41,963 nt of DNA from an uncultured Lachnospiraceae bacterium (GTDB lineage: Bacteria > Bacillota > Clostridia > Lachnospirales > Lachnospiraceae), in contig CACWUI010000001.1 in assembly GCA_902764045.1 (NCBI GenBank), forward strand, positions 1 to 41,963, given 5' to 3'. Every line of letters starts with the position of its first letter. Within the stretch, counting starts at the first letter, position 1. The notes under the pieces are model-generated. The model saw nothing but the letters and a program-made list of their open reading frames with translations. It was not told where the DNA came from and did not search any database. A program made the position numbers and the translations under genes. Of this stretch, positions 24,652 through 34,536 are shown in pieces.

Positions 24652-25833
24652 GTGAGAGATATGACCCGAAAAAATGATAACGTCATCGGAAGCGAGAGTT
24701 TCAATGATGAGCTTAAGCAGATGCGCCGCAAGAAAGCACATCGCGCAAGAAAAAGAAATATGATGATAGCAGTAATTGCCGCCATTGCCGTGGCAATTAC
24801 TCTTATTGTGGTATTTATTCAGATAAACAGGTCATATTCCTCATACGCTATCGTTTCTTCCGAATCAAGAGAGGATGAGGCGGGGGCTAAGTACATTTTC
24901 TATAAGGACGGATATATCAGATGCTCCGGCGGCGGAGTGGAGCGTGTAAACTCCGACGGTGAAAAGGTGTGGAACACGGTCCATACCATGACCAACCCTT
25001 CCGTAAAGACCAGAGGGGACATCATAGGCGTCGGTGATATAAACGGAAACACCATTGAGGTATTCGATGAAAACGGGATCGTAAGTCACGCCGACACGCA
25101 GTTTTCCATACTGCAGATCGAAGTGTCTGCGGAGGGGCTTGTGGCCGCTGTCCTGCAGGACAACGAAGATAACTACATAAATATGTACGACAAGGCCGGG
25201 GAATATATCTACTCCATAAAGACCTCCATAAGAGGCGAGGGTTACCCGGTGGATATTGCGGTGAGCGATGACGGGAAAAAGCTGGCGGTGGCCTACGTGA
25301 AGGTTTCGGGAAATGTACTGGATACGGGAGTCATTCTTTACGATATGTCTGAAAAGGACGCGGACACTGCGGTGACCGGCAGATTTAATGATTTCGGTGG
25401 TGAACCGGTGGGGACGGTGGAGTTTTTCGGAAACGATAAGGTGATAGCCGTGGCAGGTAAAAGCGTGACATGTCTTTCCGCCGACAAGTCCAAAGAAAAG
25501 AACAGAAAGGATCTGGAAGAGCCGGTAAATAAGGTCATATGTGAAAAGGACAAATTTGCCCTTATCTATTCTTCCGGAAGGATCCAGGTGTTCAACTTAA
25601 AGGCCGATGTTATGAACGATATCGACATGGATACCCTTTACTCCGATTACCATTTTTACGATAATCGTATTATAATGACAACTGACAACAGCTTTGCGGT
25701 CATGGATATAAGCGGAAAGTTTGTGACAAAACAGGATACGGAGATTCCGGTGGTGGAGCTTGTGCCAAACGGCAGCAAGGACAGATATTTCTTTATAAAT
25801 GAGAGATTTATCCAAAGGATCAGGCTGACCTGA
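24652..25833 (+). CDS. Membrane-anchored hypothetical protein (basic N-terminus, one TM helix, ~330-aa extracytoplasmic domain)
   Basis: The TM helix reads MMIAVIAAIAVAITLIVVFI. The start is ambiguous between GTG at 24652 and ATG at 24661. Confidence 0.65.
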   Translation: MRDMTRKNDNVIGSESFNDELKQMRRKKAHRARKRNMMIAVIAAIAVAITLIVVFIQINRSYSSYAIVSSESREDEAGAKYIFYKDGYIRCSGGGVERVNSDGEKVWNTVHTMTNPSVKTRGDIIGVGDINGNTIEVFDENGIVSHADTQFSILQIEVSAEGLVAAVLQDNEDNYINMYDKAGEYIYSIKTSIRGEGYPVDIAVSDDGKKLAVAYVKVSGNVLDTGVILYDMSEKDADTAVTGRFNDFGGEPVGTVEFFGNDKVIAVAGKSVTCLSADKSKEKNRKDLEEPVNKVICEKDKFALIYSSGRIQVFNLKADVMNDIDMDTLYSDYHFYDNRIIMTTDNSFAVMDISGKFVTKQDTEIPVVELVPNGSKDRYFFINERFIQRIRLT

Positions 25834-25848
25834 CAAAAGGAAGATTAA

Positions 25849-26619
25849 ATGTCGATTACAGGTATTTTAGTAATAGCCATATTTGTTGTTTTAGGGCTGA
25901 TAGGTCTTGCAAGAGGTTTCCTGAAAAAAATATTTACCGTGGCGACCCTTGTGGCGTGCTTTTTCATAGCAGGGGCCCTGACGTTACCTATTTCCGACTG
26001 GGCGATAAACAATACAAAAATGACCGCGTCCATAGAGAACGCCACCTATTCACTGCTTGATTCTTCTACTGCAAAGGATCCGGTGCTTTCGTCGGACGAA
26101 GCCACACACGTTCTTACGGAAACAGAACTTTCCTATATGACGTCAGACCCGGACACGGTGATTGATACGGTAAAAAAATACACGGACAGTCTCATGCTCC
26201 CTGCAAATTTCAAAAATGAAATGACACTTTCGGCAGAAGATGTGAGAAGCTCCCTTTTGGAGCCGGGAGTGACCATAAGATCCATGGTGCTGAGATCCGC
26301 TGCAAAAAGGATCGCGGGGCACATCGTAAAGATCATCGTATATCTTTCCATATGTCTGGCGGTTTATATCGCCATGAGGATAGTCTTTGCGGTATTAAAG
26401 ATCACGGAAAAGTTCAAGGTCATATCAGCCGGGAACAGGATAGGAGGTCTTCTTATCGGTCTGGGTGAGGGACTTTTGGTGGTATGGGTGTTTATGATGT
26501 TTGTGACCGTGCTAAATCCCCTGCCCGTAGGTCAGGCGGCCATGGCACAGATAGGGGAGAATCCGGTGCTGAAAGCGCTTTATGACAGCAATCTCTTGTG
26601 GAATTTTGTGCACATATAA
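25849..26619 (+). CDS. cvpA: CvpA-family membrane protein (colicin V production protein-like)
   Basis: The N-terminus reads ILVIAIFVVLGLIGLARGFLKKIFTVATLVACFFIAG, which is typical of CvpA. It has 4 TM helices. Confidence 0.7.
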   Translation: MSITGILVIAIFVVLGLIGLARGFLKKIFTVATLVACFFIAGALTLPISDWAINNTKMTASIENATYSLLDSSTAKDPVLSSDEATHVLTETELSYMTSDPDTVIDTVKKYTDSLMLPANFKNEMTLSAEDVRSSLLEPGVTIRSMVLRSAAKRIAGHIVKIIVYLSICLAVYIAMRIVFAVLKITEKFKVISAGNRIGGLLIGLGEGLLVVWVFMMFVTVLNPLPVGQAAMAQIGENPVLKALYDSNLLWNFVHI

Positions 26620-26630
26620 GGAGGAATTTT

Positions 26631-27572
26631 ATGAAGGATGTAAAGGGCGTAAAACTCTCCGATTTTGTGGAAGAAATGGAACTTAAGGAAATTACGGAGG
26701 GAATAGACTATGATGATACGGTCATCAGAGTCCCCGATGTAAACAGACCTGCCTTGCAGCTTGCGGGATTTTTCGATTATTTTGACAATGACCGCATACA
26801 GGTCATGGGGCACGTGGAACTGGAGTATCTGAATGAATGCAGCAGCGGGACATGTCTGAAAAAATATCAGAACATTTTCGAGATAGGCATACCCTGCATG
26901 GTGTTTTGCAAAGGAGTCATCCCCCACGAAAAGGTTATAGAGGTTGCTCACGAATACCATACGCCGCTTTTTGTAACGGAGGATATCCCTTCCGTTTTTA
27001 TGGGAAAGGCTTTCAGATGGCTGAATATCATGCTTGCGCCATGCACGGTGCTTCACGGCGTGCTGCTTGAGATCTTCGGTGAAGGAGTTCTTATCACGGG
27101 AGAGAGCGGCATCGGAAAAAGTGAGACGGCCCTTGAGCTCGTCCAGCGGGGGCACCGTATAGTTACGGATGATGCCGTGGAGGTGCGCAGGATAAACAAG
27201 GACACCCTTATAGGACAGGCGCCTCCCATGACCAAGCATCTCATTGAGATAAGAGGAATAGGCATTATCGATATAAAGACTCTTTTCGGTGTCCGAAGCG
27301 TTAAAGAAACCGAAAAGATCGATCTGGTAATTAAGATAGAAGACTGGGATCCCGACAAGAACTACGAAAGACTGGGTCTTGAGGACGAGTATGAAGAGAT
27401 AATGGGAAATAAAGTAGTCTGCAGGACCATTCCCGTAAGACCGGGAAGAAATCTTGCGGTGATACTTGAAGCTGCAGCCATAAACCACAGACAAAAGAAA
27501 ATGGGTTATAATGCGGCGGAAGAGTTGTACAAGAGATTAAGAGAAGCTAAGGAACAGGAAGAAGATTATTAA
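26631..27572 (+). CDS. hprK: HPr kinase/phosphorylase
   Basis: A GESGIGKSETALELV Walker A motif is present, with RGHRIVTDD and IEIRGIGIIDI. An AGGAGG SD precedes the ATG at 26631. Confidence 0.9.
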   Translation: MKDVKGVKLSDFVEEMELKEITEGIDYDDTVIRVPDVNRPALQLAGFFDYFDNDRIQVMGHVELEYLNECSSGTCLKKYQNIFEIGIPCMVFCKGVIPHEKVIEVAHEYHTPLFVTEDIPSVFMGKAFRWLNIMLAPCTVLHGVLLEIFGEGVLITGESGIGKSETALELVQRGHRIVTDDAVEVRRINKDTLIGQAPPMTKHLIEIRGIGIIDIKTLFGVRSVKETEKIDLVIKIEDWDPDKNYERLGLEDEYEEIMGNKVVCRTIPVRPGRNLAVILEAAAINHRQKKMGYNAAEELYKRLREAKEQEEDY

Positions 27573-27584
27573 CGGAGACTTAAG

Positions 27585-28517
27585 ATGGAAAGGCATCTTT
27601 CAGATAAAGTAAAAAAATTTGTAACCGAAACAGTCGGAAAAGAAAACTGTTTGTTTGATGAGCCCATGAGTGAGCACACCACCTTTAAGATAGGAGGCAA
27701 TGCGGCCTGCTTCTGCAAGCCCCGGACAAAGGCCCAGATCCTGGCGCTTATCCGTTTTTTCTACGAAAACGATGTTGAATATTTCATTATGGGGAACGGC
27801 AGCAACCTGCTTGTAAGCGATAACGGTTTTGACGGGGTTGTGGTACAGCTCCTGGATGATTATTCCGACACCACCGTTACCGAAGAGGGTGACGTGGTAA
27901 GGGTTACCGCCCAGGCGGGGGCCCGCATGTGGAAGCTGGGCATGAGCATTGCCGAGGCCGGAGCTTGCGGTTTTGAGTTCGGAACGGGGATTCCGGGGAC
28001 CATAGGAGGCGCCGTGATGATGAATGCGGGAGCATACGGCGGAGAGATAAAGGACGTTACGGAAAGCGTTACCGTATGTGACAGACAGGGAAATGAAAAG
28101 ATACTAAAGGGCGGGGAACTGGGATTCGGATACAGGACCAGCGCCGTGAGCAGGGACGGCCTGTACGTTCTCGAGGTGGTCTTAAAACTGCAAAAAGGCG
28201 ATAAAGAAAAAATAAAGGCGAGGATAGACGAGCTTACGGAAAAGAGAAAGTCAAAGCAGCCTTTGGATGTCCCCAGCGCGGGAAGCACTTTTAAAAGACC
28301 GGAAGGTTATTATGCGGCAAAGCTCATTGAAGATGCAGGGCTGAAAGGTCTTCAGATCGGAGGAGCGAAGGTTTCCGAAAAGCATTCGGGATTTGTGATA
28401 AACACGGGGAATGCCACGGCGGCAGACGTTATCGCGCTGACGGATAAGATAAAAGAAGAAGTGTATAAGTACAACGGTGTAAAGCTGGAACTTGAGGTAA
28501 GAAAGCTGGGATTTTGA
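27585..28517 (+). CDS. murB: UDP-N-acetylenolpyruvoylglucosamine reductase
   Basis: Motifs present are FKIGGNA, GNGSNLLV, GIPGTIGGAVMMNAGAYG and SAGSTFKRP. Confidence 0.9.
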   Translation: MERHLSDKVKKFVTETVGKENCLFDEPMSEHTTFKIGGNAACFCKPRTKAQILALIRFFYENDVEYFIMGNGSNLLVSDNGFDGVVVQLLDDYSDTTVTEEGDVVRVTAQAGARMWKLGMSIAEAGACGFEFGTGIPGTIGGAVMMNAGAYGGEIKDVTESVTVCDRQGNEKILKGGELGFGYRTSAVSRDGLYVLEVVLKLQKGDKEKIKARIDELTEKRKSKQPLDVPSAGSTFKRPEGYYAAKLIEDAGLKGLQIGGAKVSEKHSGFVINTGNATAADVIALTDKIKEEVYKYNGVKLELEVRKLGF

Positions 28518-28518
28518 T

Positions 28519-29439
28519 ATGTCATTCTCGACTAAGGTTAAGGAAGAACTGGCAAAAAGAAATGACCTGCCCAGGCACTGTCGTATCGCAGAGATCGCGG
28601 CCATAGCCGCCTTTTGCGGAAATACGGAGGAGGGCAGGCTTTTTTTTAAGTCGGAAAATATCAGTGTGATAAATGCCCTTAAGGAGCTCATAGGAAAGAC
28701 CTTCGGCAGGCTCTTTGAGACGGAGGACGGAAAACGCCTGGATCTTGACATGGATACGAGCGACAACATCCTGATGTCCATCAAGTGGAAAAAGGCCGGG
28801 GATGATGAACCGAAAAAAATATTTTCTTCGGGACTTATCCTTAAAAATGACTGCTGTAAAAGGGCGTTTTTAAAGGGAGCCTTTCTCTGCAGCGGTTCCG
28901 TAAACGACCCCAACGGCGCATATCATCTGGAGATAGTCTGCAAAACAAAAGAGGATGCGGACAGGATATGTGAGATGATGAAGGGCTTTGACCTGGACGT
29001 AAAGTCTATAGAAAGAAAAGGAAATACGGTGGTCTATCTTAAAGAGGGAGCCAATATTACCGATGCATTAAATATTTTCGGGGCATATGTTTCCCAGATG
29101 GATTTTTACAATGTGATGATCCTTAAAGATATGCGAAACGACGTAAACAGAAAGGTAAACTGTGAGACAGCCAACTTAAATAAAACAGTGGAAACCGCCG
29201 TAAAGCAGATAAAGGATATTGAATTTATAAAGGAAACAACGGGGCTTGAGGCATTAAACGATAAGTTGAAGTCGGTAGCCGTATTACGTATCGATTATCC
29301 CGAGGCCAGTCTTAGGGATCTGGGTGAAATGCTGGATCCGCCCCTGGGCAAATCCGGGGTTAACCACCGGTTAAAAACAATAAGCGAATTTGCGGATAAC
29401 CTTCGCAGCGCAAAAGGCATAAATTTGCAAAAAACCTGA
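28519..29439 (+). CDS. whiA: DNA-binding sporulation/cell-division regulator WhiA
   Basis: MSFSTKVKEELA is present, followed by LAGLIDADG-like middle domains. The C-terminal HTH reads SLRDLGEMLDPPLGKSGVNHRLKTI. Confidence 0.85.
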   Translation: MSFSTKVKEELAKRNDLPRHCRIAEIAAIAAFCGNTEEGRLFFKSENISVINALKELIGKTFGRLFETEDGKRLDLDMDTSDNILMSIKWKKAGDDEPKKIFSSGLILKNDCCKRAFLKGAFLCSGSVNDPNGAYHLEIVCKTKEDADRICEMMKGFDLDVKSIERKGNTVVYLKEGANITDALNIFGAYVSQMDFYNVMILKDMRNDVNRKVNCETANLNKTVETAVKQIKDIEFIKETTGLEALNDKLKSVAVLRIDYPEASLRDLGEMLDPPLGKSGVNHRLKTISEFADNLRSAKGINLQKT

Positions 29440-29486
29440 TAATCATGCATAATATTCAGTAACTATGAACGGAGGTCAGCTCATAT

Positions 29487-30884
29487 ATGAACAATGAAGA
29501 AATGATGAAGATTACCACCATAGATGAGGAGCAGTTCGATCAGCTTGTCCGCCAGACCATGAAGATGGACAAGATAGATCCCAATCTTTACGTGGAATAC
29601 GATGTTAAGAGAGGACTTCGTGACAGCAACGGCAACGGTGTGCTTACGGGATTGACTGAGATTTCCGAGGTCAGCGGCACACAGAATGTTCGGGGAAGAA
29701 AGATTCCCGTGGACGGACGCCTTTATTTTCAGGGCTATGAGGTACGTGATCTTGTTGAGAAATTTGAAGGCGAGCGCTACAGATTTGAAGAGGTGACTTA
29801 TCTTCTTATATTCGGGGAGCTTCCCTCACAGGCGCAGCTTGAAGGTTTTGTAAGGATACTAAATGACCTTCAGGAACTTTCCGGGACATTTGTAAGGGAC
29901 GTTATCATGAAGGCCACTACTGAGAACATCATGAACTCCATGATGAAGAGTATCCTGAACCTTTATTCCTATGATGATTCACCGGAAAGCACATCCATAA
30001 GCAATGTGCTCAGGCAGTCACTCCAGCTTATAGGAAAGATGCCTCTTCTTGCGGCTTACGGTTATCAGGCATACAGACATTTCCAGTTAAATGATTCGCT
30101 TATGATAAAGTCTCCCAAGAAGGAGTATTCCACAGCCGAGAACATCCTGCACATGCTTCGCGAAAACGGTGAGTTTACGCCTCTTGAGGCAGAGATACTT
30201 GATATATGCCTTGTGCTCCACGCAGAGCACGGCGGAGGTAACAACTCCACCTTTACCACACATGTGGTTACGTCTTCCGGGACGGATACATATTCGGCCA
30301 TTGCCGCAGCCATTGCTTCCCTTAAGGGACCCAAGCACGGCGGCGCCAATATCAAAGTCCAGAAGATGTTTGAGGATATCGAGGCAAATATCAAAGACTG
30401 GACCAACAGGGACGAAGTAAGAAATTATCTGAATGATATCCTTGACAAGAAAGCTTTTGACTGCACGGGTCTTATATACGGCATGGGTCATGCAGTATAT
30501 ACCCTTTCGGATCCCAGACAGGTCATCCTTAAGGATTTTGCCCGCAGGCTTTCAGAGGAAAAAGGCAGACAGGAGGAGTTTGCCCTTTACGAGATGGTTG
30601 AAGAGGAAGCTGCGGATCTTATCATGTCAAAGAGAAACATTTTCAAGCCGGTATGCGCCAATGTGGATTTTTACAGCGGATTTGTATATTCCATGCTTGG
30701 AATACCCGAGGAATTATTTACTCCTCTTTTTGCCGTTTCCAGGATCTCCGGCTGGTGCTCGCATCGTCTTGAGGAACTGGTAAATGCAGGGAAGATCATA
30801 AGACCGGCATACAAATACGTGGGTAAACAGAAGGACTACATACCCATGGAAGACAGAAAGACGGTTCACATAAAGTTTGACTGA
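29487..30884 (+). CDS. Citrate synthase
   Basis: Motifs present are LHAEHGGGNNSTF, GPKHGGAN, GMGHAVYTLSDPR and NVDFYSG. Confidence 0.9.
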   Translation: MNNEEMMKITTIDEEQFDQLVRQTMKMDKIDPNLYVEYDVKRGLRDSNGNGVLTGLTEISEVSGTQNVRGRKIPVDGRLYFQGYEVRDLVEKFEGERYRFEEVTYLLIFGELPSQAQLEGFVRILNDLQELSGTFVRDVIMKATTENIMNSMMKSILNLYSYDDSPESTSISNVLRQSLQLIGKMPLLAAYGYQAYRHFQLNDSLMIKSPKKEYSTAENILHMLRENGEFTPLEAEILDICLVLHAEHGGGNNSTFTTHVVTSSGTDTYSAIAAAIASLKGPKHGGANIKVQKMFEDIEANIKDWTNRDEVRNYLNDILDKKAFDCTGLIYGMGHAVYTLSDPRQVILKDFARRLSEEKGRQEEFALYEMVEEEAADLIMSKRNIFKPVCANVDFYSGFVYSMLGIPEELFTPLFAVSRISGWCSHRLEELVNAGKIIRPAYKYVGKQKDYIPMEDRKTVHIKFD

Positions 30885-30892
30885 TTAAAGCT

Positions 30893-32185
30893 ATGGGACA
30901 GAAGATCATAAAAAAAGTTAATAAGCCGATTGAGGCCACGGTAAGGGTACCGGGCTCAAAAAGCATTACAAACAGGGCGCTTTTAATAAGCGCCTTTTGT
31001 GACGGAAGAAGTTATTTGAATAATGCCCTTTTTTCGGATGATACCAAGGTTTTTATCGATTCCCTGGAGAAACTGGGGATAAAGACCAGGATCAAGGGCA
31101 ATGATATCCGTGTGGACGGTGAAGGAGGTAACATACCCAATAAAAACGCAGGTATATACGTGGGAAGCGCCGGGACGGCAGCGAGATTTCTTACTGCGGC
31201 TCTTGCTTTTAGTGAAGGCACATATCACATAGAGGCCTCGGACCAGATGAAAAGAAGACCCATGAAGCCTCTTTTTGAAGCCCTTAACCGTATGGGTTCC
31301 TTTGTGGAGTGCGTGGAAAAGCCGGGATTCCTTCCCGTGTTTACGGGGGCCGGGGAAGAGATGCGCTCAGAGGTGAGCGTGGATTCCGACATCAGCACCC
31401 AGTTCTTAAGCGCCCTGCTGCTTGCGGCTCCCATAGTGACCGCCGGGACGGGAAAAGACATGGTGATAAACGTGACGGGTGCCAGGGCTGAGGGAGCCTA
31501 TGTGAAGATGACCCTGGAGATCATGAAAAGATTCGGTGTCCGGGTTAAAAGAAGTGATACGGGCTTTATCGTGGAAGAGGGACAATGTTATGAAGCGGGG
31601 GAATACGACATAGAACCCGATGTGTCCGCCGCCTGCTATTTCTACGGAGCCGCTGCACTGACGGGAGGAAGCGTGACAGTTTCCGGCGTAAAAAGAGATA
31701 CCATACAGGGGGACATCAGGTTCCTTGAGGTTTTGGAGAAAATGGGATGCGTCACGGAGGATACGGAAGATGGAATAAGACTTACGGGTCCCGCAGAGGG
31801 CAGGCTTTCCGGCATTGACATTGATATGAAGGATTTTTCCGACCAGACCATGACCCTTGCGGCTATTGCACCCTTCTGCAGTGGCTCCGTGACCATAAGA
31901 AATGTGGGTCACATACGAAAGCAGGAATCCGACAGGATAAGCGCCGTTTGTACGGAACTTAAAAAACTGGGTGTAGCAGTAGAAGAGTATGAGGACGGCA
32001 TGAAGATCTGCCCTGGGGAGGTAAAGCCGGGAGTGGTGGAGACCTACAATGACCACAGGATCGCCATGGCATTTTCCCTTACGGGGCTGAAGGCGGACGG
32101 CATAGTGATCGATAACTATGAGTGTTGTTCAAAGACATTTGTGCACTTTTTTGAAATTTTGGAAAACATTTACCAAAACACATAA
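30893..32185 (+). CDS. aroA: 3-phosphoshikimate 1-carboxyvinyltransferase (EPSP synthase)
   Basis: Motifs present are VPGSKSITNRALL, GSAGTAARFL and KQESDRI. The length is 430 aa. Confidence 0.9.
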   Translation: MGQKIIKKVNKPIEATVRVPGSKSITNRALLISAFCDGRSYLNNALFSDDTKVFIDSLEKLGIKTRIKGNDIRVDGEGGNIPNKNAGIYVGSAGTAARFLTAALAFSEGTYHIEASDQMKRRPMKPLFEALNRMGSFVECVEKPGFLPVFTGAGEEMRSEVSVDSDISTQFLSALLLAAPIVTAGTGKDMVINVTGARAEGAYVKMTLEIMKRFGVRVKRSDTGFIVEEGQCYEAGEYDIEPDVSAACYFYGAAALTGGSVTVSGVKRDTIQGDIRFLEVLEKMGCVTEDTEDGIRLTGPAEGRLSGIDIDMKDFSDQTMTLAAIAPFCSGSVTIRNVGHIRKQESDRISAVCTELKKLGVAVEEYEDGMKICPGEVKPGVVETYNDHRIAMAFSLTGLKADGIVIDNYECCSKTFVHFFEILENIYQNT

Positions 32186-32222
32186 AATTTGATAGAATAC
32201 TCTAATAGACTTAATTAACGAA

Positions 32223-33548
32223 ATGGAGGACAAGATGATGAAGGAAGTAAAGATTGACATTGTTTCAGGGTTCCTGGGAGCAGGTAAGACGACTCTCATA
32301 AAAAAGCTTATCGCAGAGGCATTTCCCGGTGAAAAGGTGGTTCTTATCGAGAACGAATTCGGCGAGATAGGAGTGGATCAGGATTTCTTAAGCGATGCGG
32401 GCATCGAGATAAAAGAGATCAATTCCGGATGCATATGCTGTTCTCTTGTGGGTGATTTTGAAAAGGCCCTGGAAGAGGTTATCAAAACCTACGAGCCCGA
32501 CAGGATCATCATCGAGCCCTCAGGCGTGGGCAAGCTTTCGGACGTGATAAAGTCAGTTGAGAATATCAAAGACGACAGGATCAGATTAAACAGCGCCTCC
32601 ACCGTTGTGGATTCCGGAAAAGCAAAGATGTACAACAGAAACTTCGGTGAGTTCTTCAATAACCAGATCCAGTCTGCGGGAACCGTGATCTTAAGCCGTA
32701 CCCAGCTTACGGATGATTCGAAGGTTATGGATGCGGCAGAGATCGTACAGGGATTAAATGAGCACTGTTCCATCATTACGACCGAGTGGGACAAGCTGGA
32801 CGGTAAAAAGATCCTTTTACAGATGGAAGGCGGCGGAGACCTTATCGCCATGCTCATGGATGAGATAAGACATCCCGAGCGTCATTATCATGACCACGGT
32901 GACGGAAACTTCCACTATCATGATGATGAGGGAAATACCCATGAGGCCGGTGAGGATGAACATGACCACGATCATGATCACGAGCATCATCATGACCATG
33001 ATCATGAACACGAGCATCATCACGACCACGACCATGAACACGAGCATGATCACGACCACGATCACGACCATGATCACGAGCATCATCATGATCACGACCA
33101 CGATCATGAGCATGAGCATGATCACGGCCACGGCCATGACCATGAACACGAGCATCATCACGACCACGACCATGATCATGAGCACCACCATGATCACGAT
33201 CATGACCATGATCACGGTGACGGCTGCGGCTGCGGACATGACCACGGCCACGACCATCATCATCATGCAGCAGATGAGGTGTTTACAAGCTGGGGAATTG
33301 AAACTCCCGCAACCATTAAGAAAGAAGATCTGGAAAAGGTCCTTGATATACTTGCGGATGAGACCACATGCGGAACTGTCCTCAGAGCAAAGGGAATGCT
33401 TCCCGATGATGCAGGAAACTGGCATTTCTTTGATGTTACTCCCGGGGAGGTCGAGATAAGAGACGGGGTTCCCGAAACAACGGGAAAGATAGTCGTAGTA
33501 GGAACGGATCTGGACATCGATAAGATCAGAGGATTATTCGGTGTGTAA
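32223..33548 (+). CDS. COG0523 (CobW/ZigA-type) G3E GTPase metallochaperone with a ~125-aa His/Asp/Glu-rich insertion
   Basis: A GFLGAGKTT P-loop, ENEFGE and a GCICC (CxCC) motif are present. The His-rich tract is at ~32880-33265. The GGAGGA box at 32225-32230 makes ATG 32235 or 32238 a more likely start. Confidence 0.85.
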   Translation: MEDKMMKEVKIDIVSGFLGAGKTTLIKKLIAEAFPGEKVVLIENEFGEIGVDQDFLSDAGIEIKEINSGCICCSLVGDFEKALEEVIKTYEPDRIIIEPSGVGKLSDVIKSVENIKDDRIRLNSASTVVDSGKAKMYNRNFGEFFNNQIQSAGTVILSRTQLTDDSKVMDAAEIVQGLNEHCSIITTEWDKLDGKKILLQMEGGGDLIAMLMDEIRHPERHYHDHGDGNFHYHDDEGNTHEAGEDEHDHDHDHEHHHDHDHEHEHHHDHDHEHEHDHDHDHDHDHEHHHDHDHDHEHEHDHGHGHDHEHEHHHDHDHDHEHHHDHDHDHDHGDGCGCGHDHGHDHHHHAADEVFTSWGIETPATIKKEDLEKVLDILADETTCGTVLRAKGMLPDDAGNWHFFDVTPGEVEIRDGVPETTGKIVVVGTDLDIDKIRGLFGV

Positions 33549-33567
33549 AAAAGGAGCGGTTTAGGAT

Positions 33568-34521
33568 ATGCCGGAGCAGGAAGAATATTTAATACCCATA
33601 TTTTTGATCAACGGACAGCTTGAGAGCGGGAAGACCACTTTTATTTCCGAACTTGTTAAGATGGGTCAGTTTGACGATGCCCAAAAGAAGCTTATCATCG
33701 CCCTTGAGGAAGGGGAGGTTGAGTACGACCTGAACCTTCTTCAGGAACACGGAGTGGACCTTGAGATCCTCACCGAAGAGGAGTTTACAAAGGAAAAGTT
33801 AGAGGAGCTGGAAGAAAAGTATAATCCCTGGGCAGTCATCATGGAGTATAACGGCATGTGGGATCCCGCAAAGATAGCCGAAGTGGGGCTGCTGGAGGGA
33901 TGGGCTCTTTATCAGACCATAACCATTATGAACGCAGAGACCTTTAAGCTCCAGTGGAGCAATATGCAGTCCATCATGGCAGAAACGGTAAAGACTGCGG
34001 AAAGCGTTGTTTTTAACCGCTGTGACTTAGAGACCATGGATCTGGGTTCTTACAGACGGAGCATGAAGGTACTTAATCCCGCCATAGACGTTATCTTTGA
34101 GGATAAGAACGGTGAGATCATTTCCGGGGTTAATGAGGTGCTTCCCTACGATATGGATGCGGATATCATTGATGTGGCGGATGTGGATTTCGGTATCTGG
34201 TTTGTGGATGCCAGAGAGCGCCATGAGGCCTATGACGGAAAGATTTTTCGGTTTAAGGCTCAGGTCTTCAGATTAAAAAACATGGACAAAAGCATATTTG
34301 TAGCTTCCAGAAAAGCCATGACCTGTTGTGAGGATGATATCGCAACGGTTGGTTTTATCACCGAAGACAGCCCGGAATGTTTCGAAAATGACCAATGGGT
34401 TTATCTTACGGTCCGTGTGGGCTATGAGCATAGAAACGAGTATAACGGGGTGGGCCCTGTTTTAAAGATCATTGAGGCGGAAAAAACAGAGCCTCCCAAG
34501 CAGGAGACAGTATTTTTTTAA
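33568..34521 (+). CDS. COG0523-like paralogue lacking the CxCC motif
   Basis: A NGQLESGKTTF P-loop is present. No CxCC motif was seen. The gene is tightly linked to the upstream COG0523 gene. Confidence 0.7.
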   Translation: MPEQEEYLIPIFLINGQLESGKTTFISELVKMGQFDDAQKKLIIALEEGEVEYDLNLLQEHGVDLEILTEEEFTKEKLEELEEKYNPWAVIMEYNGMWDPAKIAEVGLLEGWALYQTITIMNAETFKLQWSNMQSIMAETVKTAESVVFNRCDLETMDLGSYRRSMKVLNPAIDVIFEDKNGEIISGVNEVLPYDMDADIIDVADVDFGIWFVDARERHEAYDGKIFRFKAQVFRLKNMDKSIFVASRKAMTCCEDDIATVGFITEDSPECFENDQWVYLTVRVGYEHRNEYNGVGPVLKIIEAEKTEPPKQETVFF

Positions 34522-34536
34522 ACGGAGGATCGGATT

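Noticed and set aside
26580-27494. 304-aa minus-strand ORF
   Set aside because: It is antisense to hprK, which has unambiguous Walker A and HprK signature motifs.
28251-28913. 220-aa minus-strand ORF, and likewise 31406..32056 (-) and 36326..36973 (-)
   Set aside because: They are antisense to murB/whiA, aroA and pfk/manA respectively. All of those genes carry diagnostic motifs, and none of these ORFs has an SD.
32817-33459. 202-aa minus-strand and 189-aa plus-strand ORFs over the His-rich tract
   Set aside because: They are frame-shifted or antisense readings of CAT/CAC/GAT/GAC repeats and give M/V/I-rich or T/M/I-rich nonsense. The COG0523 frame carries clear GTPase motifs on both sides.
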